Position numbers and translations under genes: made by a program
From: a virus
Strand: one strand, 5' to 3'
IMG/VR virus record: IMGVR_UViG_3300023184_000079
Location: 17,645-81,644 of that record
Length of the DNA stretch: 64,000 bases
The notes under the pieces: model-generated
Databases searched by the model: none
What the model saw: only the letters and a program-made list of their open reading frames with translations
What the model was told of the DNA's origin: nothing
Shown: one piece after another, positions 39,521-48,266 of the stretch
Position numbering within the stretch: position 1 is the stretch's first letter
How the letters are laid out: the number at the start of each line of letters is the position of its first letter

Positions 39521-40378
39521 CCCCATAGGGCAGATTTTTTCTACATATTTTTCAGAGGAACGTACGCACACGCATATAGCATGGGGGCGGGGGGTCTGTC
39601 AAGTACCAACTGTCAATGCCGCCTAGCATACCCTGAACGACATGTCAAGGACTCTAATGCCGAACTGCGGCTGTTCGGGAGAGGGGGGCCGGGTGGGTCC
39701 GGGTCCCATCAAAGACTCAGGACGGACGGTTCTGGCGACATAGCATATATACACTTACTATGTGGCACTATGGCTGGCTGTAAGGTAGATAGGTGATGGC
39801 CGCTCCTAGCATACAGCATAGGCAATGTCAAGTAAGTGAATGAGTAAGTCTTACTTGACAAACAGGCAGGATTGTGCTATGATATGGTGGGGGGAGCCAC
39901 GGGATGGGCATGACGAGCGGGTAAGCGGGTTCGTTTGGGGTAAAGAGGCGCGCACTTCAGGACAGTTAATAGTAAATATTTGGCTTACCTAAGCGAAATA
40001 ACAGATGTCAAGTATGGCAAGTTCATTAGGGGGCAAACTCGCTCTTTACTGTCCAAGTGGTACAAGTTAGTACAGAGTAATCCGCAGTAGGGTGAACAGG
40101 TTCAAGGGCAAAGAAAAACCCCCTGAAAGGTGCGAAGCGGGTGGCTGCTGATGTGCTGGAGGTTCTTCTTCTCCTATACTGGAGAGGTATTACTTCTATT
40201 GGTCTGAGGGGGAGGGTTTGGGTTATGGCCGCCTTCGGATCCCCCTATGGTTCTTCGCCGCCTTGTATGGGCAGATCAGTACACGGGAAGCGAATGTGCT
40301 GAATTGGCGGCATTCTTCACCCCTCAAAGGGCAGTGCCCGTTACGGTCGGTTAACCCATACTGATCTGCTGTTATTGA

Positions 40379-40915
40379 CTATAGCAGAGTGGGAGGATCC
40401 CAGAATTCAAGCCATTGATCCCGATCTACATCGGTGCCAGTAAATATATCTAGGGGCGAAAATTTTGCATCAAGAAACCTATGATAGTATTCTGGTTTGA
40501 TATCTGAATTATGTCTTCCTGTAAGGTTTGCCGAACTTAGATCCAATTCAGTATCCAGTGTTGCACGAGGAATATTATTCGGATCTCTGAGCGAATATAT
40601 TGCCATGTTTGGCAATGCTGAGTCTGCCGCCTCGCCAGCATATTCTTCCCATCTATCAGATATAAAATCTTGATCCGACCATTTATCGCGCTCAATGCCT
40701 TCCCATTCGCATGGAGGAGACAAACAATTGCCTACCAGTTCACCTTCACGAACAAGGTCTTTCCATGTTTGCGGTTGTCTAATAGTCCATCCATCGGGGA
40801 ATGTATAGATAATTTTGCTAGTATCTTCTGGGAGTTGGGCCGCTCTATTCAGAAGTTGAGTGGTTGTTTCTGCCGCTTGATGCAGCATCTCCGCTCTTGT
40901 TTCAATACGCTTCAT
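40379..40915 (-). CDS. Leader-family B protein (MKRIETRAEML), PcfJ-like domain
   Basis: Leader; IIYTFPDGWTI..EGELVGNCL..IYSLRDPNNIPRATL..GRHN. Confidence 0.75.
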   Translation of the reverse strand: MKRIETRAEMLHQAAETTTQLLNRAAQLPEDTSKIIYTFPDGWTIRQPQTWKDLVREGELVGNCLSPPCEWEGIERDKWSDQDFISDRWEEYAGEAADSALPNMAIYSLRDPNNIPRATLDTELDLSSANLTGRHNSDIKPEYYHRFLDAKFSPLDIFTGTDVDRDQWLEFWDPPTLL

Positions 40916-40955
40916 TATCTATTATCTTGCCGCCATCTTATATATAATAGATACC

Positions 40956-41528
40956 ATGTGGCGTATATCAACTAGAAAAGAAATGCTATTTAAGACGGCG
41001 GAAGAAGAGAGGGTAGAAGTTAACCCAAACACAAGAAATCAGTCTCAATGGTATTTTAATATCTATGAGATTAGTGAGGTTTATGGCGGTTCAGAAGAGG
41101 GTGGTTGGTATTATACTGCTGGCGAGCCTGTTGAAAGCATAAAACTTAAAAATCCTTTTCCGGAGAATGCGTACATTTCCCCACAAGAAGATGGCGGTAA
41201 CGAGGCATATTTTGAAAAAGAAAATACAGAAGTAGACGATTTTCTTAAGTTTTTTGAAAGCAAAGGGTATACTTTTAATGGCAAAAACAGATTCAAAACA
41301 AGCCCCCAACAAGCCGAACAAGAGGATTTCGCTAACGCGCAAAGAAATTATGGTCCCGATGAGGCTGCTGAAGTTTATTTAGAGGGTTCTAAAGCCATGG
41401 AAGAGTTCGCTCAAGGGCATCCGGAATTGTTGGACAAGTGGTACATGGATCAATACACCGATTATTCTTATCGGATTGAAGACCACCCCGGCAGATCATT
41501 CCCCCAACAGGGGCAATACTACCAATAA
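40956..41528 (+). CDS. Leader-family B protein (MWRISTRKEML)
   Basis: Leader; YGGSEEGGWYY phage motif. Confidence 0.75.
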   Translation: MWRISTRKEMLFKTAEEERVEVNPNTRNQSQWYFNIYEISEVYGGSEEGGWYYTAGEPVESIKLKNPFPENAYISPQEDGGNEAYFEKENTEVDDFLKFFESKGYTFNGKNRFKTSPQQAEQEDFANAQRNYGPDEAAEVYLEGSKAMEEFAQGHPELLDKWYMDQYTDYSYRIEDHPGRSFPQQGQYYQ

Positions 41529-41531
41529 CCT

Positions 41532-41627
41532 ATGTGGCGCATATCTACTAGACGAGAGATGTTATCTGATTTTGATGACGGTAAAAATCCGTTTGACCTC
41601 CGCTCACGTTGCGGACCTCAAAACTAA
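41532..41627 (+). pseudogene. 31-aa leader-only ORF (MWRISTRREMLSDFDDG...), probably a truncated family B gene
   Basis: Manual translation; the ORF ends inside a perfect 15-bp inverted repeat. Confidence 0.55.
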
Positions 41628-42148
41628 TACAATACTCATAAAAAGTGAAGATAACGTATTAGTTTTGAGGAGAGTCTTTGACGTTGTTCACGTATAGAGT
41701 GTATTGCGTGTGATCTGGTGCGACGCTCATGTGTCCATTACGAGACTCTCGTATGTCCAATAGTGTGGTTGTTATGTCGTCTTTGACGTTGTAGATAAGC
41801 CCGGTGTGTATCTACATGTGTGTGCGGAACCGTATCAGTTTGATACGCTATAGCACATGGCGTGTTGTGTACTACTGCAGGTGTACGCCATCATGTATCC
41901 TCTGCAGGCGATTACCTGCAAATGGCTTGTATCTCTCTAGGTGGTACTTTCCAAGTGTAGGATCGGTTCTAGGCATTACCGCTTGTTGTGTCTAGGCATT
42001 CGTGAAGATTGGGTCTGAGAGGTTCTCTTTGTCTGCGAAATATCGTGCATACGGACGATATTTCGTGCATACTTGGGTCGTGAATCTGGCTCGCATAAAG
42101 ATGCGAGTTAAAGGCGTTTAACCCTGCGTAATCGCTTATTTATGCGAG

Positions 42149-42793
42149 TTAACGTAGCAAAGATGCTAGTTTATCGTATTGGAAATAAGACTCATTTAAT
42201 GATATCGCCTCTGGTGAAATCGGCCCTTTGTATGAAAAAGTTTTTAAATTGAATATTGATTCTTGAACAAATTTCGGCTGATCTATTATGTGAGATTGCG
42301 ACTCAGCGTACTCGCCAAGTGATTGCTGCCCCGGCTCAAGTTTGTGATGAATATTAATTAGATTTTTGGGATGAAGTCTAAAGTGTTCAGGTAAGGAATC
42401 AATACCCTCAATCTCCATATTTGTATCTAGGGCATCTTCATCAAAATCTACTTTTGATGGATCCAGTTGTCTTGCGTCTATTTTGAATTGACAAAACGTT
42501 TTACTGTCAGTTCTTAGATAAACATGATTTGCTCTTGGTTCCCCAACTGTTCTATCGTAGACACTTTTACCAAGAACGTCCCATGGTATTAGACCGTTTT
42601 GCAATATGCTTTGAATAGTTTTAATTCCCTCTTCATCAATTCTTGCAGACATATTTTGATGATATACAAAAGGATATGTCTGAATGAACGTATTCCACCA
42701 ACGCTGATCAACAGCCATGCTTAAAAGCGTAAACCTGTGGCCGCCCTGTGAATAGCCATAGATCATCTCTTTTCTTGTTTCAATACGTTTCAC
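42149..42793 (-). CDS. Leader-family B protein, ADP-ribosyltransferase-like fold
   Basis: MKRIETRKEMI; VYH..SILQNGLIPWD..HVYL; paralog of the C-terminal domain of 44296..45711. Confidence 0.65.
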   Translation of the reverse strand: MKRIETRKEMIYGYSQGGHRFTLLSMAVDQRWWNTFIQTYPFVYHQNMSARIDEEGIKTIQSILQNGLIPWDVLGKSVYDRTVGEPRANHVYLRTDSKTFCQFKIDARQLDPSKVDFDEDALDTNMEIEGIDSLPEHFRLHPKNLINIHHKLEPGQQSLGEYAESQSHIIDQPKFVQESIFNLKTFSYKGPISPEAISLNESYFQYDKLASLLR

Positions 42794-43599
42794 TATTGAA
42801 ATCCCATTTCAAATGATCCCGGCTCTGAGCCCATCTCTTCATGAAGCGGATTCATTGTTCTTTGGCGTTCTGTGGCCACCCATATAGCGGCTTGTGTATC
42901 GCGAGGAGATTGGCCGTATTCCTTCGCAATTCTCCGAATAGCGTTTTGAATTGCTCTTCTTGCTGGATTTCCCACACTTCGCAAAGAATCAAATCCTGCT
43001 GCTCTTGCAATAATGACATCTACGGCAATTGCATCAGGATCGCCAGTCATGGCTTTAAAGAATTCAGTGACCTTGGGTCCGGTAACATACTGTTCAAAAT
43101 TTGATTCGTCTGCTATGAGAACATTGAAAGCGGCTCTAAGGTTTGATGAATTCTTAAGTTTTATTTCATCAAACGGAAATGTCGGACCGACTGGGTGAGT
43201 ATCCATAGGACCCCTCCCCCATGGACCGGCCGACCATTCGCCTTGTTCATTTATTTCAGCCACAGGATTCGTAACGAAGCCTGCTCCATGTTTTAAAACG
43301 TAAGAGATTATCTCTTTTGCTTTTCTAACATTAATTGCCCATTCTACTTGTGGACTGGTGACTGCGATGACAGCGGCCACTCTTTCGGGAGATACTGCGC
43401 CATTGAATTCGTCACTTATATTTTGACAAAGGTTGAAAGCATTTGGGTACCAGTTAACCCCTTCGGAAAAAGCGCGTTCTTTTCCATAAATATTAAGAAT
43501 TTTTCTAAACCGTCTGGAATAGAGATTTTCCTGACTGTTATCTTTAATACTGGCCGCAGCATTAAAGATCATTTGATCTCTGGTTTCAAGACGTTTCAT
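42793..43599 (-). CDS. Leader-family B protein, putative HhH-GPD-like DNA glycosylase
   Basis: MKRLETRDQMI; GVNWY..AAVIAVTSPQVEWAINV..GPKVTEF..IAVDV..QAAIWV. Confidence 0.6.
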   Translation of the reverse strand: MKRLETRDQMIFNAAASIKDNSQENLYSRRFRKILNIYGKERAFSEGVNWYPNAFNLCQNISDEFNGAVSPERVAAVIAVTSPQVEWAINVRKAKEIISYVLKHGAGFVTNPVAEINEQGEWSAGPWGRGPMDTHPVGPTFPFDEIKLKNSSNLRAAFNVLIADESNFEQYVTGPKVTEFFKAMTGDPDAIAVDVIIARAAGFDSLRSVGNPARRAIQNAIRRIAKEYGQSPRDTQAAIWVATERQRTMNPLHEEMGSEPGSFEMGFQ

Positions 43600-43601
43600 A
43601 T

Positions 43602-44294
43602 CTATCCTATACCAAGTGTTTGTGTTGCTTGTTGACCGACTTCAGACCAATAGTCCTCACTGGGAAATCTTCCGGGATTGTTGGGGTCACCATTCTGTAT
43701 CAACTTCATGTTGTTTGTTGATAGTTCCTGTATATCGGGAGGCAAAGAATTGAAATACTCTTCTGTTTGCGGTTCAATAAATTGTATGCCGCTTTCAACC
43801 AATTTCTGAGCCATCGCGTTTGCATCAATTTCTTGCTCTCTTCTCTGGTGTATCTTTTGTGTTTCCAACCAATCAGTGGTTCGTTCACGAGGCGCATTTT
43901 CAAATTCTCTTTCTTCCATATATTGGTACAGATGCTGTAACTCATGGATAAAAATGTAGTTTGCATTTTTTGGAGTTTGATATTGAAAAAGATATATTCT
44001 ATACTCTTTGCCGCGCTGCGGCCTCCTCCACTGAACGCTGACGTTCTTGTAGTTTCCAATTCTAATTATCAAAGGAGCATCTAATCCAAAAACTGGATCA
44101 AATATTAACTTATTGACAAGATCCTCATTGACTTTAAAATACGGCAAATACTCACCAACAACATCAACTTCGACTTTGACAGGAGAATTGTGCCGTGCGG
44201 GACCTTGTCGGTTTTTGATTGCTTCTGCAAATGGTTGCCAATCATTGGCTGCTGGTACAGAAAGCATTTGCATTCTTGTTTCTATGCGCTTCAT
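43602..44294 (-). CDS. Leader-family B protein, HExxH metallopeptidase-like
   Basis: Start reassigned to MKRIETRMQML (44294); FIHELQHLYQ..EIDAN. Confidence 0.7.
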   Translation of the reverse strand: MKRIETRMQMLSVPAANDWQPFAEAIKNRQGPARHNSPVKVEVDVVGEYLPYFKVNEDLVNKLIFDPVFGLDAPLIIRIGNYKNVSVQWRRPQRGKEYRIYLFQYQTPKNANYIFIHELQHLYQYMEEREFENAPRERTTDWLETQKIHQRREQEIDANAMAQKLVESGIQFIEPQTEEYFNSLPPDIQELSTNNMKLIQNGDPNNPGRFPSEDYWSEVGQQATQTLGIG

Positions 44295-44295
44295 A

Positions 44296-45711
44296 CTACC
44301 GCGCAGGCCCGAGAAAAAGTTTATCCAGTTCATCACCCGTGAGTGGCCGACCCCATGCGTCTAAGACGACGGGCAGCACTATATCCGCTATCGCTTCTAA
44401 AGGCACAGTTCCCCAATATGCGAGAGTCTTGTTATGTTGAAGAGATTTCTGAGTAACATCTGGGTCATCAAGAATCTCTGCATTTTCCTCTGCCCAAGCC
44501 CCAAGACTTTCTGGGCCACTTTCCGGCCACCATTCTGGATGGCTTGTAGGATAGGACCGAATTCCATCAAACATCTCATTATTTGGATTTTTAAGATATT
44601 CGTCTTCAACATAGTCTTCATCTGCTGAGAATCTTGATGCTTCTAGTTTGCGTAGGTCTATAGTGAGTCTTACGCCGTCTCCATGAAAGTGGGGACTTAT
44701 ATCCTTAACATGCATATAAACAAATCCTGCTCTAGGGATAACGTGTGCGAGGCCGTCGTCAATATACTTTTCTTCTACTCTTGAATTTGGAATTTCATCC
44801 CATGGCATTAGGCCGTTTTTGAGGATTCCCTCAAGGCTTTCATAACTTGTGTCATGGTAGGCATAGGGGCCGTTTTGTTCAATCCATTCTTGTAAATCTT
44901 CTGGCCGCATAGCCATTGCCTTTTTGGAGAACATTGGCTGATATTTGTAGCGGGGAGTGCCATCTTCATATTGAGTGAATTCGTCTTCGTAATCATCGTA
45001 GGCAATAGTGTTGACGCTGTTTGGCGAGGGCTCAGTTCCTGCTGGGTAATATGAGGCGATACTTATATTTTGAGCCGGGATTACACCAAGATATACGAAA
45101 GCGCCATTAGAACGTAATTCTTTCCACAACTCGGTCAAATCACTTCTTTGTTGACGGCTCATTTTCATAATTTCATCGAAAAGAATACCGCCCGATGTGT
45201 CATTTTCCATCCAGTAGAAAAAACTTTCGGCATTTTGTGGTGCTTCTGGGGCTTTGTTTCCATTTATTCCCCATTCAACAAAGAATTCGGGGAATCCTGC
45301 TTCTCTGATATCAACGTATGCCTCTTCCCAACCTTCTACTGTGCCATCATATGCATCGCTTACACGAACAGCAAGAAATTGATTTAATTCCTCTGGATCA
45401 GGAATAATCTTTTGAAGATCAAGTCCAGTAATTTTAAGAATGACTGGATCTCCGCCCGGATATCCCTCGCTCTTAGCAAGAGAACTTTCGTTGAAGGACC
45501 ATTCTTGAGCCGTGGCTATTGTAGAAGCAAGATAAACTCCATTCTCAGCCACACTGTGCCTTGGGAAATTCTTATTTGCAATACCTCTACCAGTCGGCGT
45601 CAAGCCATGATCCCGAATAGACTGGAGGTTGAGTTCGCTAGTGACGTGATACCATACGTTTGTATCGTATGGCATAGAGAGCATCTGTCGTCTTGTTTCT
45701 ATGCGTTTCAT
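44296..45711 (-). CDS. Leader-family B protein with two tandem ADP-ribosyltransferase-like domains
   Basis: MKRIETRRQML; WYHVTS..SIRDHGL..GVYLAS and AYHDTS..GILKNGL..FVYM (Tpt1/PARP-type H-x-T/S pattern). Confidence 0.7.
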   Translation of the reverse strand: MKRIETRRQMLSMPYDTNVWYHVTSELNLQSIRDHGLTPTGRGIANKNFPRHSVAENGVYLASTIATAQEWSFNESSLAKSEGYPGGDPVILKITGLDLQKIIPDPEELNQFLAVRVSDAYDGTVEGWEEAYVDIREAGFPEFFVEWGINGNKAPEAPQNAESFFYWMENDTSGGILFDEIMKMSRQQRSDLTELWKELRSNGAFVYLGVIPAQNISIASYYPAGTEPSPNSVNTIAYDDYEDEFTQYEDGTPRYKYQPMFSKKAMAMRPEDLQEWIEQNGPYAYHDTSYESLEGILKNGLMPWDEIPNSRVEEKYIDDGLAHVIPRAGFVYMHVKDISPHFHGDGVRLTIDLRKLEASRFSADEDYVEDEYLKNPNNEMFDGIRSYPTSHPEWWPESGPESLGAWAEENAEILDDPDVTQKSLQHNKTLAYWGTVPLEAIADIVLPVVLDAWGRPLTGDELDKLFLGPAR

Positions 45712-45717
45712 TATCTA

Positions 45718-46170
45718 TTATTGTCTAGTCGGCGCAGGATAAGTTGCAAAACCTATCTGACTGGGATACAGATACGATGGCAGGTAATTATGCTCATCGG
45801 TAAGGAGTTCTGGGTCAATCATTTGGCGGCTTTTCAGGCCTTTTCTTCTGCCCCGCATTACTTGAACTGGCACAAGTTGATTGTCTTCTGCCGCCATCAA
45901 GCGGTGATTGCCTTCTGATACATGAGCCTGACCTGTTAAGTCATTGTAATCAACAATGATTGCATTATCATACTGCTGGCCGCGAAGTTCTTCAACTTTG
46001 TCCCAATCAGCGATATCATTGCCTTCCATACCACGAAGATCACCGGCTCTGACGTATTCCACATTAGGATAGCCGGGTAATGTGACTGGGTGTTTTGCTC
46101 TTTCTTCGTTAGGAACTTTATTCCAAAGCCATGAGAGCATTTGCCGTCTTGTTTCTACACGTTTTGCCAT
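45718..46170 (-). CDS. Leader-family B protein, ParB/Srx-like domain
   Basis: MAKRVETRRQML; IIVDY..VSEGNHRLMAA..VPVQV. Confidence 0.7.
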   Translation of the reverse strand: MAKRVETRRQMLSWLWNKVPNEERAKHPVTLPGYPNVEYVRAGDLRGMEGNDIADWDKVEELRGQQYDNAIIVDYNDLTGQAHVSEGNHRLMAAEDNQLVPVQVMRGRRKGLKSRQMIDPELLTDEHNYLPSYLYPSQIGFATYPAPTRQ

Positions 46171-46319
46171 CGTACACCTTATGTCGTAGATATGGATCGA
46201 ATGCGTGGTCTTCTTATTCGCTCATATACGCGAGTTAAAGCAGTATAACCTAGAATAATCGCAAGTTTATGCGAATAACGACATACCCAATTTTAAACAT
46301 CAATTATGTCGATTTTGGA

Positions 46320-46346
46320 ATGAACATTATCTCTTATCGGGATGAG
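46320..46346. repeat. 27-bp direct repeat, left copy
   Basis: ATGAACATTATCTCTTATCGGGATGAG; matches 48240..48266 with one mismatch. Confidence 0.9.
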
Positions 46347-46388
46347 AGTTTCTATTATTTTGCCGTTATCTCAGATATAATAGATATA

Positions 46389-48236
46389 ATGGCGTTCCGC
46401 ATAGAGACTCGTCAAGAGATGTTGTCCGGTTTTCGTTATGCCGCCATCATTAAAGAGCAAAAACAGTTTGGATACTTCCTTGGCTCTTGGGTTTTTTCTG
46501 ATGTAGATGATGCCACCAAAGCAGCGAATACCCGCCAACAGATTCTTAATACGAAAAATGTAAAAGAAAACGAAGAAACAAGATACGTTGTTGAACAAGT
46601 ATTGACTTCGCTTGATGACTCCGCTTGGCGCTGGTTTGAATATGCCACAAAGTGGACACTGCATTACACCAAGCAAGTCGCTGCTGAAGGGCTGGTTCCT
46701 GAGGAGTATAAGACAAGACTCAACGGTCTAGTTGAGAACCTCATCACTCAAGTCAATCAAGGCTCTGCTAATCACACTCGGATGCAGTCTCCAGAACAAT
46801 ATTCTCAATGGACTCCAAAACAATTAGAAGAGTGGAACAAAGAGAACAATCAAGGGGATAGGCTTCAAGGATCAAAGTTTTATAAGAACAACGTTATTTA
46901 CACGTTTCCAGATGGCTCGACTATGGTTCGACTTGAGAACGAAAAAGACTACGAGATGGTTGGAGAGAAACTCTTTAACTGCGTAAGACACGAGCAACCA
47001 AATGGATGGAAGAACCATCCGGGAATGATCGCTCTTGTTGATCCAGAAGGAAATCCAAAAGCGGTTGCTAGGTTTGGTGGAGATGGACAAAGGATAATAA
47101 GTCCCGGCGAACCACAGTACATGAAGATTTGCTATGAGTTCCAATCTCAAGAGAAAGGTCATCCGGTAATAGCATACAACTACGGAGAATACCTGTTTGA
47201 GTTTCTTGAAAAAACGACTCCTGAGGACTTAGGATTCGAAGGAGAAGCATGGGAAAACGAATCCAAAGTTCAACCACCACATGAAATTGTTAAAAGATAT
47301 AAACAAGGAGAGAGGGATTTCCAAAGTATGGACCTGAAGGGCGCGGACCTGCGTGGCGCGAACCTGTCTCGCGCGGTCCTGCGTGGCGCGAACCTGCAGG
47401 ACGCGAAACTGCGTGGCGCGAACCTGTATCGCGCGGACCTGTCTGACGCGGACCTGAAGGGCGCGAACGCTGGCGGCGCGGACATGAAGCGCGCGAACCT
47501 GAATGGCGCGAACCTGATTGGCGCGCTCCTGTCTCGCGCGGACCTAAATAGCGCGGACCTGAAGGGCGCGGACCTGTCTGGCGCGCGCCTGTTCAAAACG
47601 GACCTGTATGGCGCGGACCTGTATGGCGCGAACCTGTCTGGCGCGGATCTGACGGAAGCGGACATGAATGGCGCGGACCTGTCTGGCTCGGACCTGTCTG
47701 GCGCGAATCTGACTGGCACGGACCTGCGTGGCGCGATCCTGCGTGGCGCGAACCTGTCTGGCGCGTTCCTGTCTCGCGCGGATCTGATTGACGCGATCCT
47801 GTCTGGCGCGAACCTGTCTCTCGCGGACCTAAATCACGCGATCCTGCGTGGCGCGATCCTGCGTGGCGCGAATCTGACTGGCACGGACCTGTATCGCGCG
47901 GACCTGTATGGCGCGAACGTGACTGACGCGAACCTGAAGGGCGCGAACCTAAATAGCGCGATCCTGACTGGCGCGAACCTGTCTGGCGTAGACCTGTCTG
48001 GCGTAGACCTGCGTGGCGCGAAACTGATTAGCGCGAACCTGTCTGGCTCGGACCTGTCTGGCGCGGACCTGAAGGGCGCGGACCTGTCTGGCGCGGATCT
48101 GACGGGTGCGAACCTGACGGGTGCGAACCTGACGGGTGCGAATCTGTATCACGCGAACCTGTCTGACGCGGACCTGTCTGGCGCGAATCTAGAGGGCGCG
48201 AACATGACTGGCGTAATAGACAATCAAAGTTATTAG
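46389..48236 (+). CDS. Leader protein (MAFRIETRQEML) with a PcfJ-like domain and long pentapeptide repeat
   Basis: Start reassigned to 46389 by the leader and the upstream TAATAG; VIYTFPDG..VGEKLFNCV; about 55-60 A(D/N)Lxx repeats. Confidence 0.85.
   Translation: MAFRIETRQEMLSGFRYAAIIKEQKQFGYFLGSWVFSDVDDATKAANTRQQILNTKNVKENEETRYVVEQVLTSLDDSAWRWFEYATKWTLHYTKQVAAEGLVPEEYKTRLNGLVENLITQVNQGSANHTRMQSPEQYSQWTPKQLEEWNKENNQGDRLQGSKFYKNNVIYTFPDGSTMVRLENEKDYEMVGEKLFNCVRHEQPNGWKNHPGMIALVDPEGNPKAVARFGGDGQRIISPGEPQYMKICYEFQSQEKGHPVIAYNYGEYLFEFLEKTTPEDLGFEGEAWENESKVQPPHEIVKRYKQGERDFQSMDLKGADLRGANLSRAVLRGANLQDAKLRGANLYRADLSDADLKGANAGGADMKRANLNGANLIGALLSRADLNSADLKGADLSGARLFKTDLYGADLYGANLSGADLTEADMNGADLSGSDLSGANLTGTDLRGAILRGANLSGAFLSRADLIDAILSGANLSLADLNHAILRGAILRGANLTGTDLYRADLYGANVTDANLKGANLNSAILTGANLSGVDLSGVDLRGAKLISANLSGSDLSGADLKGADLSGADLTGANLTGANLTGANLYHANLSDADLSGANLEGANMTGVIDNQSY
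47330..48210 (+). repeat. 15-bp tandem repeat array encoding the pentapeptide repeats
   Basis: GCGCG[GA]ACCTGxxxG units, GC-rich compared with the flanks. Confidence 0.95.
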
Positions 48237-48239
48237 AGG

Positions 48240-48266
48240 ATGAACGTTATCTCTTATCGGGATGAG
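48240..48266. repeat. 27-bp direct repeat, right copy
   Basis: ATGAACGTTATCTCTTATCGGGATGAG; overlaps the stop of 48254..48523. Confidence 0.9.

Noticed and set aside
41660-41980. Minus-strand frame interrupted only by three TAG codons
   Set aside because: The translation resembles no recognisable protein, and the region is full of short repeats.
47330-48210. 15-bp tandem repeats as a CRISPR array or a non-coding satellite
   Set aside because: They are in-frame pentapeptide codons with no unique spacers.
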